From contig NC_133620.1 of the NCBI RefSeq assembly GCF_048593235.1, forward strand, positions 294,019,765 to 294,083,764: a DNA stretch of 64,000 nt, written 5' to 3'. The first letter of the stretch is position 1, and every line of letters begins with the position of its first letter. The notes beneath the pieces are model-generated. The model had not been told where the DNA came from. It was given only the letters and a program-made list of their open reading frames with translations, and did no database searches. Both the position numbers and the translations under genes were made by a program. The DNA comes from Sminthopsis crassicaudata (Eukaryota). Positions 41,201-54,773 of this stretch are shown here, one piece after another.

Positions 41201-43499
41201 ACAAACTCTTCTATTTGAAATTTAAACCATTTCACAGTCAAGCAGCAATTTATAACATGATACTGCAGAGTACACTCACACTCTACAAGCATTCCAATCA
41301 AAATGTAATGAATTAGTCTGTCTTTCCACTCTTCCTCTCCAAATTGTTGTTATTTTGTATAGATTTGGTATTAAAGTATGTATATAGAGTATGTATTTAT
41401 GTTGTACGCCCCATAAAACTAAACTCACAGCTAACAGGGGCATTCTCATGTTTATATTTCTGTTCTTAGCACCTAGCACAGTGCTTGTCATGGTTTCTTG
41501 CAGTTAAGTCAATTTTTCCTTGTCTGATTTTTTGTGACTTGTTAAGGACCATGCCTAAGTAAAAGGGAAGGTCAATTCTCTGAGAACCTCCAAAGCTGTG
41601 GATCATAACACTTGAAAGAGTTGCAAAGTAGCCTTCGAAGATGTTCCTTATGGATTGGAAGTGAAATAAATTGGAGACAAGAGGGAAGAGGAGAAAGGTC
41701 AGACAACACAGCAGCCTCTAAGAAGAGAGGTCAGAACAGCAACTGCCTTTCTCCTTGTATCATTATCATCCTCTCACTTGAAGAGATCCATTCTACAGGT
41801 CTGAGTTAGACCTCCCACAGCCACTTGCAGATGGCTCCCGTATCACTACAGTGACTCTGTTTGGGGTTTTCTTTTGGGGGGGGGGGGGGTTAGGGGGAAG
41901 GGAAATCAAGGTGAAATGACTGGTCCAGGTTCATAAATCAGTGTCAAATGTCTGAAGCCAGATTTGAACTCCATGTCCTCCTGATTCCAGGACTGGTTTT
42001 CTATCTAGTTTATTACTTAGCTGCTCACCATTTGGGGGCAAAGATCTTGAAAAAGATACTCCAGCTCATTTTACAGATGAGGAATTGGGACAAACAGGGT
42101 TAAGTGATACTACCATGACACCTCAGAGTGAGAAAAGTGGGCCCAGAGAATAGACAAAATTTATGGAGAGCTAGTAGCAAGCAGATCTCCTAAAAAGCTA
42201 TGCAGGGGGTAACATACTCTCTGTGCAACTGTGGATTGATTTGCAGCAGGCTCATCACTCTTCCGCAACCAAAGTAGACAGTAGGATTTTTTGATATATT
42301 AAATCAAACAAATGCTGCTAGCACAAAGATGTAATAAATCTGGAAGTCACCTATGTGAACATTTAAGCACTAGGAAAACATCTTTTAGATAAATTCAAAA
42401 TAACTTTGGTGATGAATGCATGGAATGGGAACAAGGCACCACAAATTAGAAAATTTATAATGTTGCAGTATACAAATTGTTATTGCTAGCTATTGTTTAA
42501 TATTAACGTGTAGCCAGAATGTAACAGTGGAATATACATCGTGTAGCTTAGAGACATCTGGTGTTATCGTAAGGATAGCATAAACCCTGGCTGTCAGATC
42601 AATAAACTGACTTCATTAATTGAAGTACCCACCTATTTGTCACCTTCTCCTCAAGGAGGCCATTAAGCTGGTCTCAACAATTCATGTTTCAGTACAGCTA
42701 AGTACCTGGGCCCTTTCACTACTCTACTCTTTGCTGGGTTTGGCAGCCGAACTGGAAAGGCCATTCCAACCCTACCTTGAATTTGCTATTCACTGGGAAC
42801 AGAAAATTCCCCAATGAGCACCTCTTGTCTCTTACCACCTAATTTAGCTGAACACAGCAGCAATTCAAAATAAGTATAAAGATCTGCACTTTTTCAGGAA
42901 AATTCCAAATCCTTACCCTAAGCTTCTCAGAAGCTTTCCCAGGTGTGCCATTTGGGGATCTCTTCTCTGACACTACCTCCCAGACTGAAGAAGAGGGAAC
43001 AGGATCATTTCAACAAACTAAAAGCCTAGCCTTCCAACTAGGAAAGGGCTGAGTCCCCCTTAGCCAGACTTAACACCAACTTGTGGTGACTATCCCATAT
43101 ATTTCCCAAGTGTTCTCTGCAGTCCAGACAATAAGCATTCTTGCCCAATAATCAACAACCAGGCTCTACAATTCCTTAGTTTTTAAATTTCTTCGGTACA
43201 AAAAAAAAAGCCATGTAGTTTCACATCCTTTAGGGAGGACAGATGAGCACAATTGTATGTTCTTTCCACAGTACAAAATGGTCAACTCCAAATATGTAAA
43301 AAGCTCACGCTTTCTTTTTTAGAATGCTACGTGATTAGAGTGACCAAAACTGATCCAAAGAAGAAACGAGAAAATTCACCCCCCTCTCTTACAGGGGTGA
43401 GGGACAAAAAGGTGATCGAGGGGAAGAGAAGAAAGTCATTCTAGTTGAGACAGTTACATCTCACGTCTGGTTTGAGGGCTTCATTTAGGAGTTCACGGT

Positions 43500-44700
43500 A
43501 CTCGGAACTCTCAGTACCAAAGCCAGGACTTTCACGACACCTATCGTGCTATAAAGTTACCGAGGGCCCAAGAGGTGAAACTTGCCGGGTGTCTCAGAGG
43601 CAGCGCTGACTGCTGGTCTTTCTGCTTCTCTAGCCACAGTGCCAGCAAGCAATTTTGCCAAAGCCGAGGCCTACATGTATTTTCTCTGAAAACGACTCCC
43701 GAGAGTCCCCACTCTCCTCGCACAGGCCACGAGGCATTCCCACTCTCCCCGCTGCTCCAAAAGGACCGCTCTCCCCCTTACCTCCTGGGCAAAGAAAAAT
43801 AAATACCCCAGCTTTTCCCTACCCACGCACGCGTAGAGTCCCGGCACTCATCGAGTACCCTGAGGGGAGCCCCCAGTAAGTTTTGGGGACCACCGTACCT
43901 ATTCGTCACTTGCCTATCGAGCCCCTGGAGACGTATCTCTAGCCGTCCGGAACTTCACAGTGTGTTCTCTCAGGTTCTTCACCAGCTTCCAACATCAGCT
44001 GACGAGGCGGGAAGCAGGATTTCAAGACTGCCTCCTTCGCTGGTCCTCGCGAAGCCTTACCCTTCCTCACGAGTCCTGGCAGGGTCAAGGGAAATTCCCT
44101 GAGCCTACCTCCTCAACCTGGAAAAATCCTCCTCCACCGAAAGCTCCCACATAAATGTCTCTTCCACATCCCCTCGAACAAAAGGAATTCTTTTCGCTAC
44201 CTACTTTAGTCGTTTTCCCGTTTTGTCCTTTTTCGCCACAGCCAGGACCTGGGCAGTAGTAAACAGCCTCTGCGCCTGCGCTGCAGGTGAGCCTGCGGCT
44301 AGCTCCGGCGCTTTTACTCTCGGAGTCTGCGCGGCCCCTCCCCGTCTGGTTCTAATAGGTCAAACTCGCTTCTTGCCTGGTTGGGTTTAAAGGGCCAGCT
44401 CCCTGATAAACCAGCTTTTAAAGAATCCTTCCCTTGCCGTGACTGTCTGAGATCGGGCTTGGCAGCTCAGTATGGGACAGTGGCGGGGGCAGGGGCGGCG
44501 GCGGCGGCTCCTGCTCTTTTGCTTCTTCTTGCTTGTATGGCGGAGCTGTTTTGGGGCTCAGAAGGATAAAGAAGAGGAGGAGGAGCACCAGCCCAGCAAA
44601 TGCGAAGGTATCCTTGCACCCCGCGGAGTGCGCTAACCCTGCACATCTGGGACAGGCTAGAAGGGAGTCTATGATGGGGGCGGGAGGGCTGGAAAGGGAA
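43500..44700. promoter_or_regulatory. TAF6/CNPY4 bidirectional CpG-island promoter with candidate TAF6 non-coding first exon(s)
   Basis: CpG-rich. Minus-strand donors AG|gtacgg (intron starts 43898) and GG|gtaagg (44060) could end 5'UTR exons that splice to 38077. CNPY4 ATG at 44472. Confidence 0.65.
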
Positions 44701-47700
44701 AAGGAAAGGCGGTGGAAACAGACTGACACTCTCTGTGTGACAGCAGATAAATCACATAACTTCTCTGAGCCTGTTTACCCATCTGTAAAATGGGCACAGA
44801 ATGTGTCCCACCTATGGATTTAGTTCAGTTGCTGTCATTCCCCTTCCGTCACTGCTGTCGCCCTCGCCAGGACTCTGGGTTTTAGGGGAATTGGACCCAG
44901 GTGTAAATTCAAGTTCTGTCCCTCACTGACAAATCCCCTTAAAGCCTTCGTTTCCTTTTCTGCGAAGTGGTGACGATAATGGTTCTCAGGGCTAGTGAGG
45001 GAGGCTCTAGCAGACGTAAACTTTGTCTATTAAAGTCCTAAATAAATACTGGTCATCGCTCGCCGTAGTTCAGTCCTGTCTGACTGAGAGGGCCGCCTTT
45101 TCCTTCTCCAATCCATTTTGCAATTGGAAAATTGAAGGCAAACAGAATTAAATGACCCGCGCAGGGGTCACACAGCTGCTAAATGTCTGAGGCTGGATTT
45201 AAGTTCAGAACTTCCCGACTCCAGGCCCACTGGCTAGTGCTCCTAGAGTTTTTTTTAAGGGTCCTTTGGTCCATCCAAAAGGAAATTCACTGCTCTTGTG
45301 AGCTCCCCACCCCCACCAACGCCAATTCTGGTGCCTTACTGTGGCAGAGATGATGGTTCTGCATGCTATGCAGATGGGATGTAAGATGTAGGAAGCCCCG
45401 CCAAACAAGAACGGTTTCAAGTACGCGTTCAGCAAAGAACTCTAACTTTTCGTCAAATGACCAGCTTCACTAACTCAGAAATTTATGACCAGCTTGGTCC
45501 AATAACAAATTTTTCCAACTCATAAGAGGACAAAATCACAATTCCTTTTAAGTGTAAAATTCTAATGCTTCTGAACTCTTGTCTTAGAATTGGTGAAAAC
45601 TGTAATTCTGATCTATCTACTAAGTTGAAGGTAGGGTTTGAAGAAGCATGTTAGAATTGAAAAAGATCTTTCTAAAAGGTGCCTCTTTTTAGTCCACATG
45701 GAAACAATTATGAATGCCTTGTCCTTTCCCACCCTAGCTTGGAAGCTTTCAAATTAAAAGAAGCCTTTTGATTTATTGGAGAGGAGGTGATTCAGCTGCT
45801 CCTTGATGCCCATAAACCAAAGAGGAAGACTAGGGTAGTTGTCACATTGCCCAGCTGGGAGGTGCCAAATGGTATCCCCAAACAGTTTTGGCCTGTGCAG
45901 AAGTTGTGGACAGTATGGACTTTACCCCAACACTGATTTGCCAGTGACTACACAGCTAGTGTCTTTTCCCTGGTAAACTTAGTGTTACTGATGTAATTCT
46001 TTGTTTCAGAAGATTTGGCCCTTCACTTAATGCAGAAAGCAACACCCCTCCCCCCACTCCCACAATTCCTTTCATAAATGGTCTTTATAAGAAGTTATAA
46101 TGGAGGAAAAAAAGCATCTCCTAATAGTCAACATTATGATGATAACCTGTTCCCATTTAGATTGGTTCTTTGGTAAAAAATTTATATAATCTGTTACCAA
46201 AGCTGTACTTTACAGCATTATTTATCTTAAATAGCCCAGAAACACTTCAAAATATGATGACATTAACATGAATAATAATTAGTAGCATTTATATAATGTT
46301 TTAGTCTCATTTTATCTTTATAACAGATTTGGGAGGGACTTGAACTAGGTCACATAGACAGTAAAAATCTGAAGCTGAATTTGAACATGGTTCTGTTTTG
46401 ACTTCATGTTTTGTGTTCTACCCACTGTGTTAGCCAGCTACCCATATAACATAAGTAGAATGAAAACAGTACAAAAACCAAAACATTTCTTTTGCCTATA
46501 TCATATGTTCAAGTGAGATAATATTTGTAAAGCACTTAGCACAGTATTTGGCACCTATTAGGCAGTATATAAATGTTTATTCCTTTCTCTTCCCCTTATA
46601 ATACACATTTCAGGCATACAGAACAGAATCAGCAAAGGCATAAAATCATATACTGCCTATTTTTCATTTTTTGTATAGATTGTACTATTCCCCTCTCCCC
46701 CACTTTAACTCTTAGAGAATTCTGACCCAAAGCAATTCTCTTTATTCTCTATCTTCAATCCCCAGTTGTTAGTGCCTTCCTCCACCTAAGTTTTTACTTT
46801 ACTTTATATATTTATTTTTCTGTTACTTTTTATAAGTTTCTTAAGGACAGAGACTGTTTTCCTTTTTATTTCCAATATCTAGCATAGTTTCTGGTAGACC
46901 CTTAATAATGCTAAATAGTGGGGTAGAGAGGTAGCTAAGTAGCACAGTGGATAGAGCACCAGTCCTGAAGTCAGGAAGAACTGAGTTCAAATCTGGTCTC
47001 AGATACTTAACTCATCCTAGCTGTGTGACCCTGGGCAAGTCACTTAACCTCAATTGCTTCAGCAAAAATACAATAAAATAAAAATAATAATGTTAAATAG
47101 TGATGGTCAGAGTTCTGTAGTTGTAAGGAGAATATTACAGTAGTCCAAAGAGAAAGAATGTGTGGTATCAGTAAGTATAGAATAGATGAGCTGGATTAAG
47201 GAGATGTTGCAGAGGTAGGAATTAAAGGATTTGGTACCTGATTGGATGGCTTAAGAGGAAAGGAAAGAACTTTGAGATTAAGAAGGAAGAGAAAATTTGA
47301 GGAGAAAAATAATCAGTTTTTGCTGAAACATAATTTATATGGGGATAGGGTAGGAGGAAGAGGAGAGGTCTCAAGTATTAGTATATAATAATATGTGAAT
47401 GTACTCCAAAACAGGGTGAATATCTTTTTCACAATGAAGAAAGGAGATGTTCAGTTGGTGTGTAATAACTGACTCCTCTGTTCTTCTCCACTCTTCTACC
47501 TTCTAATTTACACAAACCACTCTCAGGAACTGATACATTTTTGAAGTGGCCCGAACTTTAGGAAACCTCTTCCCAATTTTCCTATTTCATTGGAAAGCCT
47601 AAGTCCAAGGAAGTAAAATGATTTGCTCAAGGTCACATGACTAATTAGTAATGTTAATAATCATGACTAATGTTTTATAGAATACTTTAAAGTTTGAAGT

Positions 47701-49319
47701 AGATGCTACAGATAATACTAGCTCCAGTTTGCAGATGAGGAAACCGAGACTGAGAGGTTAACTGATTTGCCCAGTCAGGTAGCTGGTGTGCAAGATGGAA
47801 TTTGAACTTATATTTTCCTTACTACCAGGTCAGCACATTGTCTATCACACCAGGCTACCTAGAATTAAAACCTGGGTCTCTTGCCCACAAATGCACTATG
47901 CTATGTATCTTTTTAAAGATATATATTTCTGGCTATTGTTTTTTTCCACATAGTCTGTAAAATACTGAGCGTGGAGCTTCAGGGGGAGCTGAATCGGAGC
48001 AGCCGGTCTCGGGAATTGCTAGAACTAGGGCAAGTGCTAGACACTGGCAAGAGGAAGAGACAGATCCCCTACAGCACTTCGTGAGTCTCCCCTGACTTTC
48101 CTACTTTAATGGTACCTCTAAAGCTTCATTCTTAGCATAACCTTATAATCATTCCTTAACTTTCTTCATTCCCATAGTTCCCAATGAATAATCTATTTCT
48201 TTTCCATTGTCTCCTTTCTCTATCTCCCTCAGGGAAATTCGATTACAGGAGGCCCTGGAGAACCTGTGTGAACAGATTCTGGACTATAGCATCCATGCCG
48301 AACATAAGGGATCCTTAAGATATGCCAAGGTAAAATGAATCTTCTCCATGAGGGTCCCACTGCTCAGAGGTGCCATTTTTTGTTCTTCCTCTTCTTAGAA
48401 TCCTCTGCTAAGACCTCTGCCCTTGGGATATCCCATGCTCTCTTCCATTCTGTCTCATCCTTTGATTTACTTGGGTACTCAATCCCCACCCCCAAGTTCA
48501 ATGAAAAGATCCTATTATAGTGGGGATAGGAAGGGAGGAGGAGAAAGAAATTGAAACAAAGGAGCTTGACCTGCCATTCTTCTCACCTCTTCCCCTCACC
48601 ACAGGGTCAGAGTGAGACTATGGCAACTCTGAAAGGCTTGGTACAGAAGGGTGTGAAGGTGGATCTGGGAATCCCTTTGGAAATGTGGGATGAACCTAGC
48701 GTGGAGGTTTCATTCCTTAAGAAGCAGGTAAGAAAATGTTACATTCCAGAAAGATGAAATGAGCTGGGACAGAGAAGGATATGGACTTGAGAAATAGAAT
48801 AAGACAATAAGTGACGATCATGGGAGTGACCAGGGACTGGGGCACAGACAAGACTGGACCCCTTTCTTAGAAGAGATTATTGGGGAGAGGGATAAGGTAG
48901 AGACAGGTGATGAAAGGGAATGGATTTGAATTTCTGAGAATTCTTCACTAAGAAACAGAAATTATATTCACCCCCTTCCTTCCCCTTCTCTACTCTTCTC
49001 TCCCTGTCAGTGTGAGCTGATGTTGGAGAAGTTTGAAGATGTCATTGAAGACTGGTACTTTCATCACCAGGAGTTGCCACTTCAGCAATTCCTCTGTGAG
49101 GAGCATGTGCTTGCAAAGGAGGAGAAGGGTGAGTTGCTCAGGAGCAAACTGAGCCTTTGGGGGGTAGGAAAACAGATATCTACTTGTATATTTACTGTCT
49201 GTCTTTTCATTAATTCAGATTGTCTTCAGGAAACCTGGACTGAGGAATGGAGAGAACAGAATGAGAAGGGTTTGAAAGAGAGCCTAGGGCACCACTCCCA
49301 TGATAGTGTAGATCTCTGA
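44472..49319 (+). CDS. CNPY4: protein canopy homolog 4 (6 exons, 233 aa)
   Basis: Exons 44472-44607, 47954-48080, 48233-48329, 48605-48727, 49011-49128, 49219-49319; total 702 nt. Signal peptide, then PSKCEVCKIL, EALENLCEQILDY, GQSETMATLKGLVQKGVKVDLGIPLEMWDEPSVEV, DWYFHHQ..LQQFLCE (saposin-like canopy fold). Confidence 0.94.
46926..47065 (+). mobile_element. WSINE1/Mar-type SINE (older copy)
   Basis: aggtagctaagtagcacagtggatagagcaccagtcctgaagtcaggaagaactgagttcaaatctggtctcagatact... Confidence 0.8.
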
Positions 49320-49788
49320 TCATTTCCTATTTTTCGAGATCATTACATATATATATATATATATATTTTCTAAGTATGAAGGTGATGTCATCTTTACAAC
49401 TGTACCTTTAGCCTAGCCACATTTGGAAATTTTGTCCACTAAATGTGGCTACTAGCTATGGGAGAACCTAAGGTTGGAGACAGAAGAAATGAGTGGAACT
49501 TCCAAGATATTTTTAGATTTGCATTTGTGACACTTCCTACGCTACACCTGTTTTTCATAGGGAAGTTTACAAGGCTGGGGTACCCTCTTAGCAGATAAAT
49601 ACATAAAGGTCAATAGATATTAATGCCTTTTCTGGGTGCTTCATAATCATAAGGTGATGGGAAGGGGTGGAGAGGGGAGGACAAGTGGCCCATAGAAGGG
49701 GGAAATGACCAAAATGCCTAGAGGACCCAGGAAGCCTCTTTGTATGTACAAGTGCAGATTATTAAAGCCAGTGAGCTTTGTTCTAAAT

Positions 49789-49973
49789 CAGAGGTGCTTA
49801 ACTTAGGATCTACAAATTTTTTCTTAATATTTTGACAATTTTAATTTTTAATATAATTAGTATTTTGCAATAATATGTGTTTTTAAATGAATTTTTAAAA
49901 TATTCTGAAACGGGATCCATAAACTTTAAAATCTGCCAAAGAGATTGTTGACAAAAATAGTTACCAACCCTTG
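49789..49973. mobile_element. hAT-like MITE (third copy)
   Basis: Degenerate TIRs cagaggtgcttaac ... ttaccaacccttg. Interior homologous to the other two copies. Confidence 0.6.
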
Positions 49974-51945
49974 TCCTAGCAGGTAAGAGGGAAAAGTGGA
50001 TTGAAGACTGAAGGGGAGAGATAGGAGTGTTAAAGATCCCATCTTATTGCAGAAAGAATAAATTAAATGGGGATAGGAGAGGACCCTATAAAGGGCTGGA
50101 GTTGAGTTGATCAGAACGAGTGGCAGAGTTTTATAAATAGCCAATAATCTATATGGCTTTTTCTCTTTTCTCCCTTCTGACAAGCACAAGAAGGCCTCAT
50201 GGTGATTGGCATCCTTGCAATGGGCAGGTGCCCTGAGCACTCAGAGCTCTCTGATCATTATACCTATAGCCCCTGTTACTACTACCTGATCAGAACTTCT
50301 GAACTGAGGAGAAACTTTTATATCAATATTGTTACACCCTTTTCTCTAGTTCCCCAAACTAGTCTGAGGAATGATATAATAGTGAGAGCAGAGGTTCTTA
50401 AAAACCTCCCTAAGACCCACTTTACTTTCCTCTCATATTAAATGGGAACAATAATTTCTGCTTTCTTCACTGAGAGGATCAAGTAAAAGATATGATCTCA
50501 TTTGTAGTAAAAACTACTATGTCTTGTGTGATCCTTACTTCTTAGTATTTGATTTACTTTCTGGATGCTTCTAGACCTTTAAATATGGGGAGCTCTGGAT
50601 ACTGGATGACATTCCTTAGACTTTTCCTTTTGGGGTTTCTTTCAGGAGGTGAAAATTGGAAATTTCTATTTCTATTTTCACTTTGTCTTCCAATTCTAAG
50701 AGACTTGGACAATTTTCATTCATTAACTGCCTGTTATTTGCCAAGGATCAAATAGTGTCAGAGTAAATAGCCTTGTTTTATTTCTATTTTTATTGTGACA
50801 CCTTGTTTCTGTATTTTATATAATATCATCTCATCATTTCAAATAAATATATTTTTTATCATTTTAAGGAAAATCTTACTATTCTGAGACATTTTAATAT
50901 TTTCAACTTGAGTTGACATATTTGTCAAGTCCTTAATATATATTGGTTAATAATTATTAATGATTAATTATTGGTTGATTTACTTATTAATATAGTTTGC
51001 TATTTTCATTGCTTTCCAAATCTTGAGGCATCCTTTATGGCCTATAAATTTTCCTTGTTTATAAAATAAAAATTTTCTGATACATTGTATTTATTTTGTG
51101 GAATTCTATTTAACATTTTTACATTAATACTCATTAATACTTTATCCTTCCTACATCCAAATAGTCAAAACCTTATTTATTTCATAAAAGCACTACTTCA
51201 CATAAAAGCAATCTATTAATAGAGCACTGTCTTTCTCTAATCTTGAAATCAACATATGTGTGTATTTGTGTGTGTGTGTTTAGGTAATACTACATGTGTG
51301 GGTATGAATATATATATAAATGTTGCTCAGATGAGAATCACAGGTTTATCAGAAGAAGGTGTAAAATAAAAAAATACAAATTTCATATTATAAGGGAAAA
51401 TATCCAAAAATTCTTAATAAAGATAAATAGTACAGATCTATTGACGATAAAGATTGCAATAAGAAAAACAAACACCACTCTTAGAATTTTTAAGAATTCA
51501 TTAACACATTACAAGCCATCAAATGTGAAGAAACACCAAATAATCTATGATTACTATACAATTATGAAAAATGAGAGAAGAGAATGGACTAAAGTCAGGC
51601 ATTTAAAGAACCCAAAATAACATTCTAATCAATTTTTGAAATCAATGTTCAAAAAAATAAAATGAGATATTTCTGCTTCTCAAAAAGAAGCAGCAACAAG
51701 CAGTATATGTGACTAGTAAGCACTGCAAATTAGCTAAAGAAAAGTCCAATCATTAAAGGAAAAAAAATCAAATTCTCTCATATTTATAGGCTATTGCATT
51801 AGGTCAAGAAATTGACCTAAGAGGTAAAAGAATAAAGAGGAGTTCTTAAAGAATGATAATGACTTAAGGGGCTAAAGATTAATAGATAATTTAAAGATTC
51901 AGGTGAAGGAACTGAGAAAGAGTTGAATTAATATTCCAGGAACAG

Positions 51946-52090
51946 GGGCAGCTAGTTAGTGCAGAGGATAGAGCACCAGCCCTGAAGTCAGGAGAACCTG
52001 AATTCAAATTTGACCTCAGACTCTTTAACACTTCCTAACTGTGTGGCCCTGGGTAAGTCACTTAACCCTAATTGACTCAGAAAAAAAAAA
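51946..52090 (+). mobile_element. WSINE1-type SINE
   Basis: ggggcagctagttagtgcagaggatagagcaccagccctgaagtcagg...poly(A). Confidence 0.82.
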
Positions 52091-52539
52091 AAAATTTTCG
52101 AGGAACAAAATTCCTGGAATTATCAATTGGTAAGCTTTTTTATAGGAGGAATAATTCAAAGGGAAAGTATATGAATATAGAAAGAGGAAATAAAGTAGAA
52201 ATGAGCTAGAACTGGACCATCTACTAAGTTCATATGTGAACAATGAAATCCTCTTAGCATAGGTATTGCAGCCAGGGGACAGAATTAGAATCCTAAAGGA
52301 ACTGGGGTAATACTATCAGCTGTTTGTGTTCTCTAGACTGGGACTTTATACTGAGAAACAACTAAGGTAACCAACACTGCTCTAGTTCAGAACTAGAGTT
52401 AATTGCTGATGTAGTGGTTTAATGCATTAATTTCACTTTCCTGAATCTCCTTTTCTTCACCAATATATATTCTGCCTCTCCCACTATGAGGATCAAATGA
52501 GATAAAAGATGAACAAGTGTTGGAAAAGTATTGTTGAAA

Positions 52540-54041
52540 TAACTTGGGAATTAAAATCAACCAACCAGAAGGCCGAATGAGTGTTACTGGAAGCTACACA
52601 AGAAGCTCGGGACAGCAACCTCTGTGTCTGCAGGAGCAAAGCTCCACTTTACAAGTCACAAAATGAGCTGGGGGGGGAGGGGAAGAAGAGGAGAAAGAAA
52701 GGAAGGAAAGAAGAAAGAAAGAAAAAAAGAAAATGAGCAAGAAACAAAAAAGAACTTTGATCATGGAAAATAACTTGAGTGATAGGGACGACCAAAATAC
52801 CAACTCTGAAGAGGACAAAATATTCACATCTGAAACCTCAAAAAGGAATGTGAATTGATCTCAAACCTAAAGAACCTTCTTAGAAAAGTTCATAAATTTT
52901 TTTGAAAAAGTTAAATAAAAGAGGCAGAAGAAAAAATGGAAAAATGAGAAGTATGCAAGAGTCAGCAGCTTAGAAAAGAAAAACAATTCCTTAAAAAATA
53001 CAATTGAAGAAGTGCAAAAAAAAAAAAAAATCCCCTGAAGAAAACAGCACCTTTAAAAATAGAATTAACTAAATGGAAAAGGAGATATAAAAGCTAACTG
53101 AATAAAATCATACACTAAAAACTAGAACTGAGCAAATGAAGTCAAAGTCAAAAAGTCAAACTTTAAAAGAATGAAAAAAAAAAAAAATAGAAACAAGTGT
53201 AAAATACCTCACTGGAACTGACCTGAAAAATAGATCCAGGAGAGACAGATTTAAAATTATTGGACTACTAGGAAACTATAACCAAGAAAAAAGCCTGGAT
53301 AGCATTCTTCAAGAAATCATAGAGAAAAACTGCTCTGATATCAAAGAACCCAAAGACAAAATAATCATTGAAAAAAATGCATTGATCACCTCCTCAAAGA
53401 GCTCCCACAAAGAAAACTCCAAGAAATATGGTTGCAAAACTCCATAATTATAAGGTCAAGGAAAAAATACTACAGGCTGCCAGAAAACAAAACAAAACAA
53501 AGCAAAGCAAACAAACAAAAAAACAACCCAGTTCCAGTATTGAGGAGCCACAGTCAGGATTACTTAGGATTTAGCAGTTTCTAAAATAAAAGATTGGAGG
53601 GCTTGGAATACTATATTCTAGAAAGATGGATTACAATAAAAAAATCAACTACCTAATGAGACTGAGCTTCATCTTTCAGGGAAGGAGATGGAACTTTGAT
53701 AAAGTAAGGGACTTCTGCTAATTTCTATTAAAAAGACCAGAATTAAACAAAAAATTTAATCTACAAATATGAGACTTAAGAGAAGCACAAATATGTAAAC
53801 AGAAAAGAAAAGAAAAGAAAAAAATAATATTATTTAAAGGTTAAACTGTTTATATCCCTATATGGGAAGATGATACTTGTAACTCTGGAGAATTGTATCT
53901 TTTATTAGGGCAGTTAGAAGAGGTATAAATAAACAGAGGGTGTGGGTATAAATTGACTTTGATGTGTTGACATTTAAAAGACAGAGGCAGAAAAAGGATT
54001 GTACTGGAAAAAGAAGAAACAGTAGATAAATGGGGTACAAT
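52540..54041 (+). mobile_element. LINE-1 5' part (5'UTR/ORF1, decayed), left flank of the provirus
   Basis: Degenerate ORF1 text (gacctgaaaaatagatccaggagagacagatttaaaattattggac, aaggtcaaggaaaaaatactacaggctgccagaaa, atctttcaggg). Confidence 0.75.
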
Positions 54042-54342
54042 TGCTGGAACTCTATATTTCCAGAAATCAGCAGGAGTCAGGATCACTAAATGTCTTTATT
54101 CTAGATCTTTACCGTCACCTCCAACGCCAGGTCACGAGTGCAAGTGAGCGTGAGTTCCACCACCCAAGTTTCTCTTGCTCCTCCCACACAAGTCACTTCC
54201 CTCTCTTTGTCTCACCAATCAAGTCAGCACAGAACAGCTGGGGAGGGTCAACCTTAAACAAGTTAATAGGGAACCGTCCAATTGGCAATTAGTCTCACGT
54301 GCTTCATCATCCAAATGCATTGCTCAGTTCTAGCCCTTTACA
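54042..54342 (-). mobile_element. 3' LTR (301 bp) of the provirus
   Basis: Minus strand begins tgtaaagggctagaac and ends ...gttccagca. AATAAA on minus at 54095-54100. Preceded on the minus strand by a polypurine tract aaaagaaagcgggaga (54343-54358). Confidence 0.9.
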
Positions 54343-54370
54343 TCTCCCGCTTTCTTTTGTTTTAGACCAC

Positions 54371-54530
54371 AGGAGGTCGCGCCATCCCTGACTTTTCAGG
54401 GAGATGAGAACCCCAAAAAGGAGGTGATCACGCCCCCCCTGACTTCTCAGGAGGGGAGATGAAAGCACTAAAAAGGAGATAATCACACCCTCCCTGACAT
54501 CTCAGGAAAGGAGATGAGAAGCACCAAAGA
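54371..54530. repeat. 3 x ~51-55 bp tandem repeat adjacent to the PPT
   Basis: ccctgac recurs at 54386, 54437 and 54492. Each unit contains CCTGA-N4-TCAGG. Confidence 0.85.
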
Positions 54531-54773
54531 GAAGTGGGGATTTGCTAGCGGGTTTCTGGATTGAAGGGCCTTATTAGAGACAAGTATGCACAAACCCATC
54601 AGCATGGGAGGTATTACACAAGCACATAGCAATAACGCAGAGGCTATTAGTGGTGACTCTCCCCACAGTCAGTGCAGACTCGATGTGGTGTAACAAACAG
54701 GAATTGTACATGCAAGTAGTGATATAACAAACAATATAAATCAACATGGTATTGTAAGAGATTTCCAGAAGTC

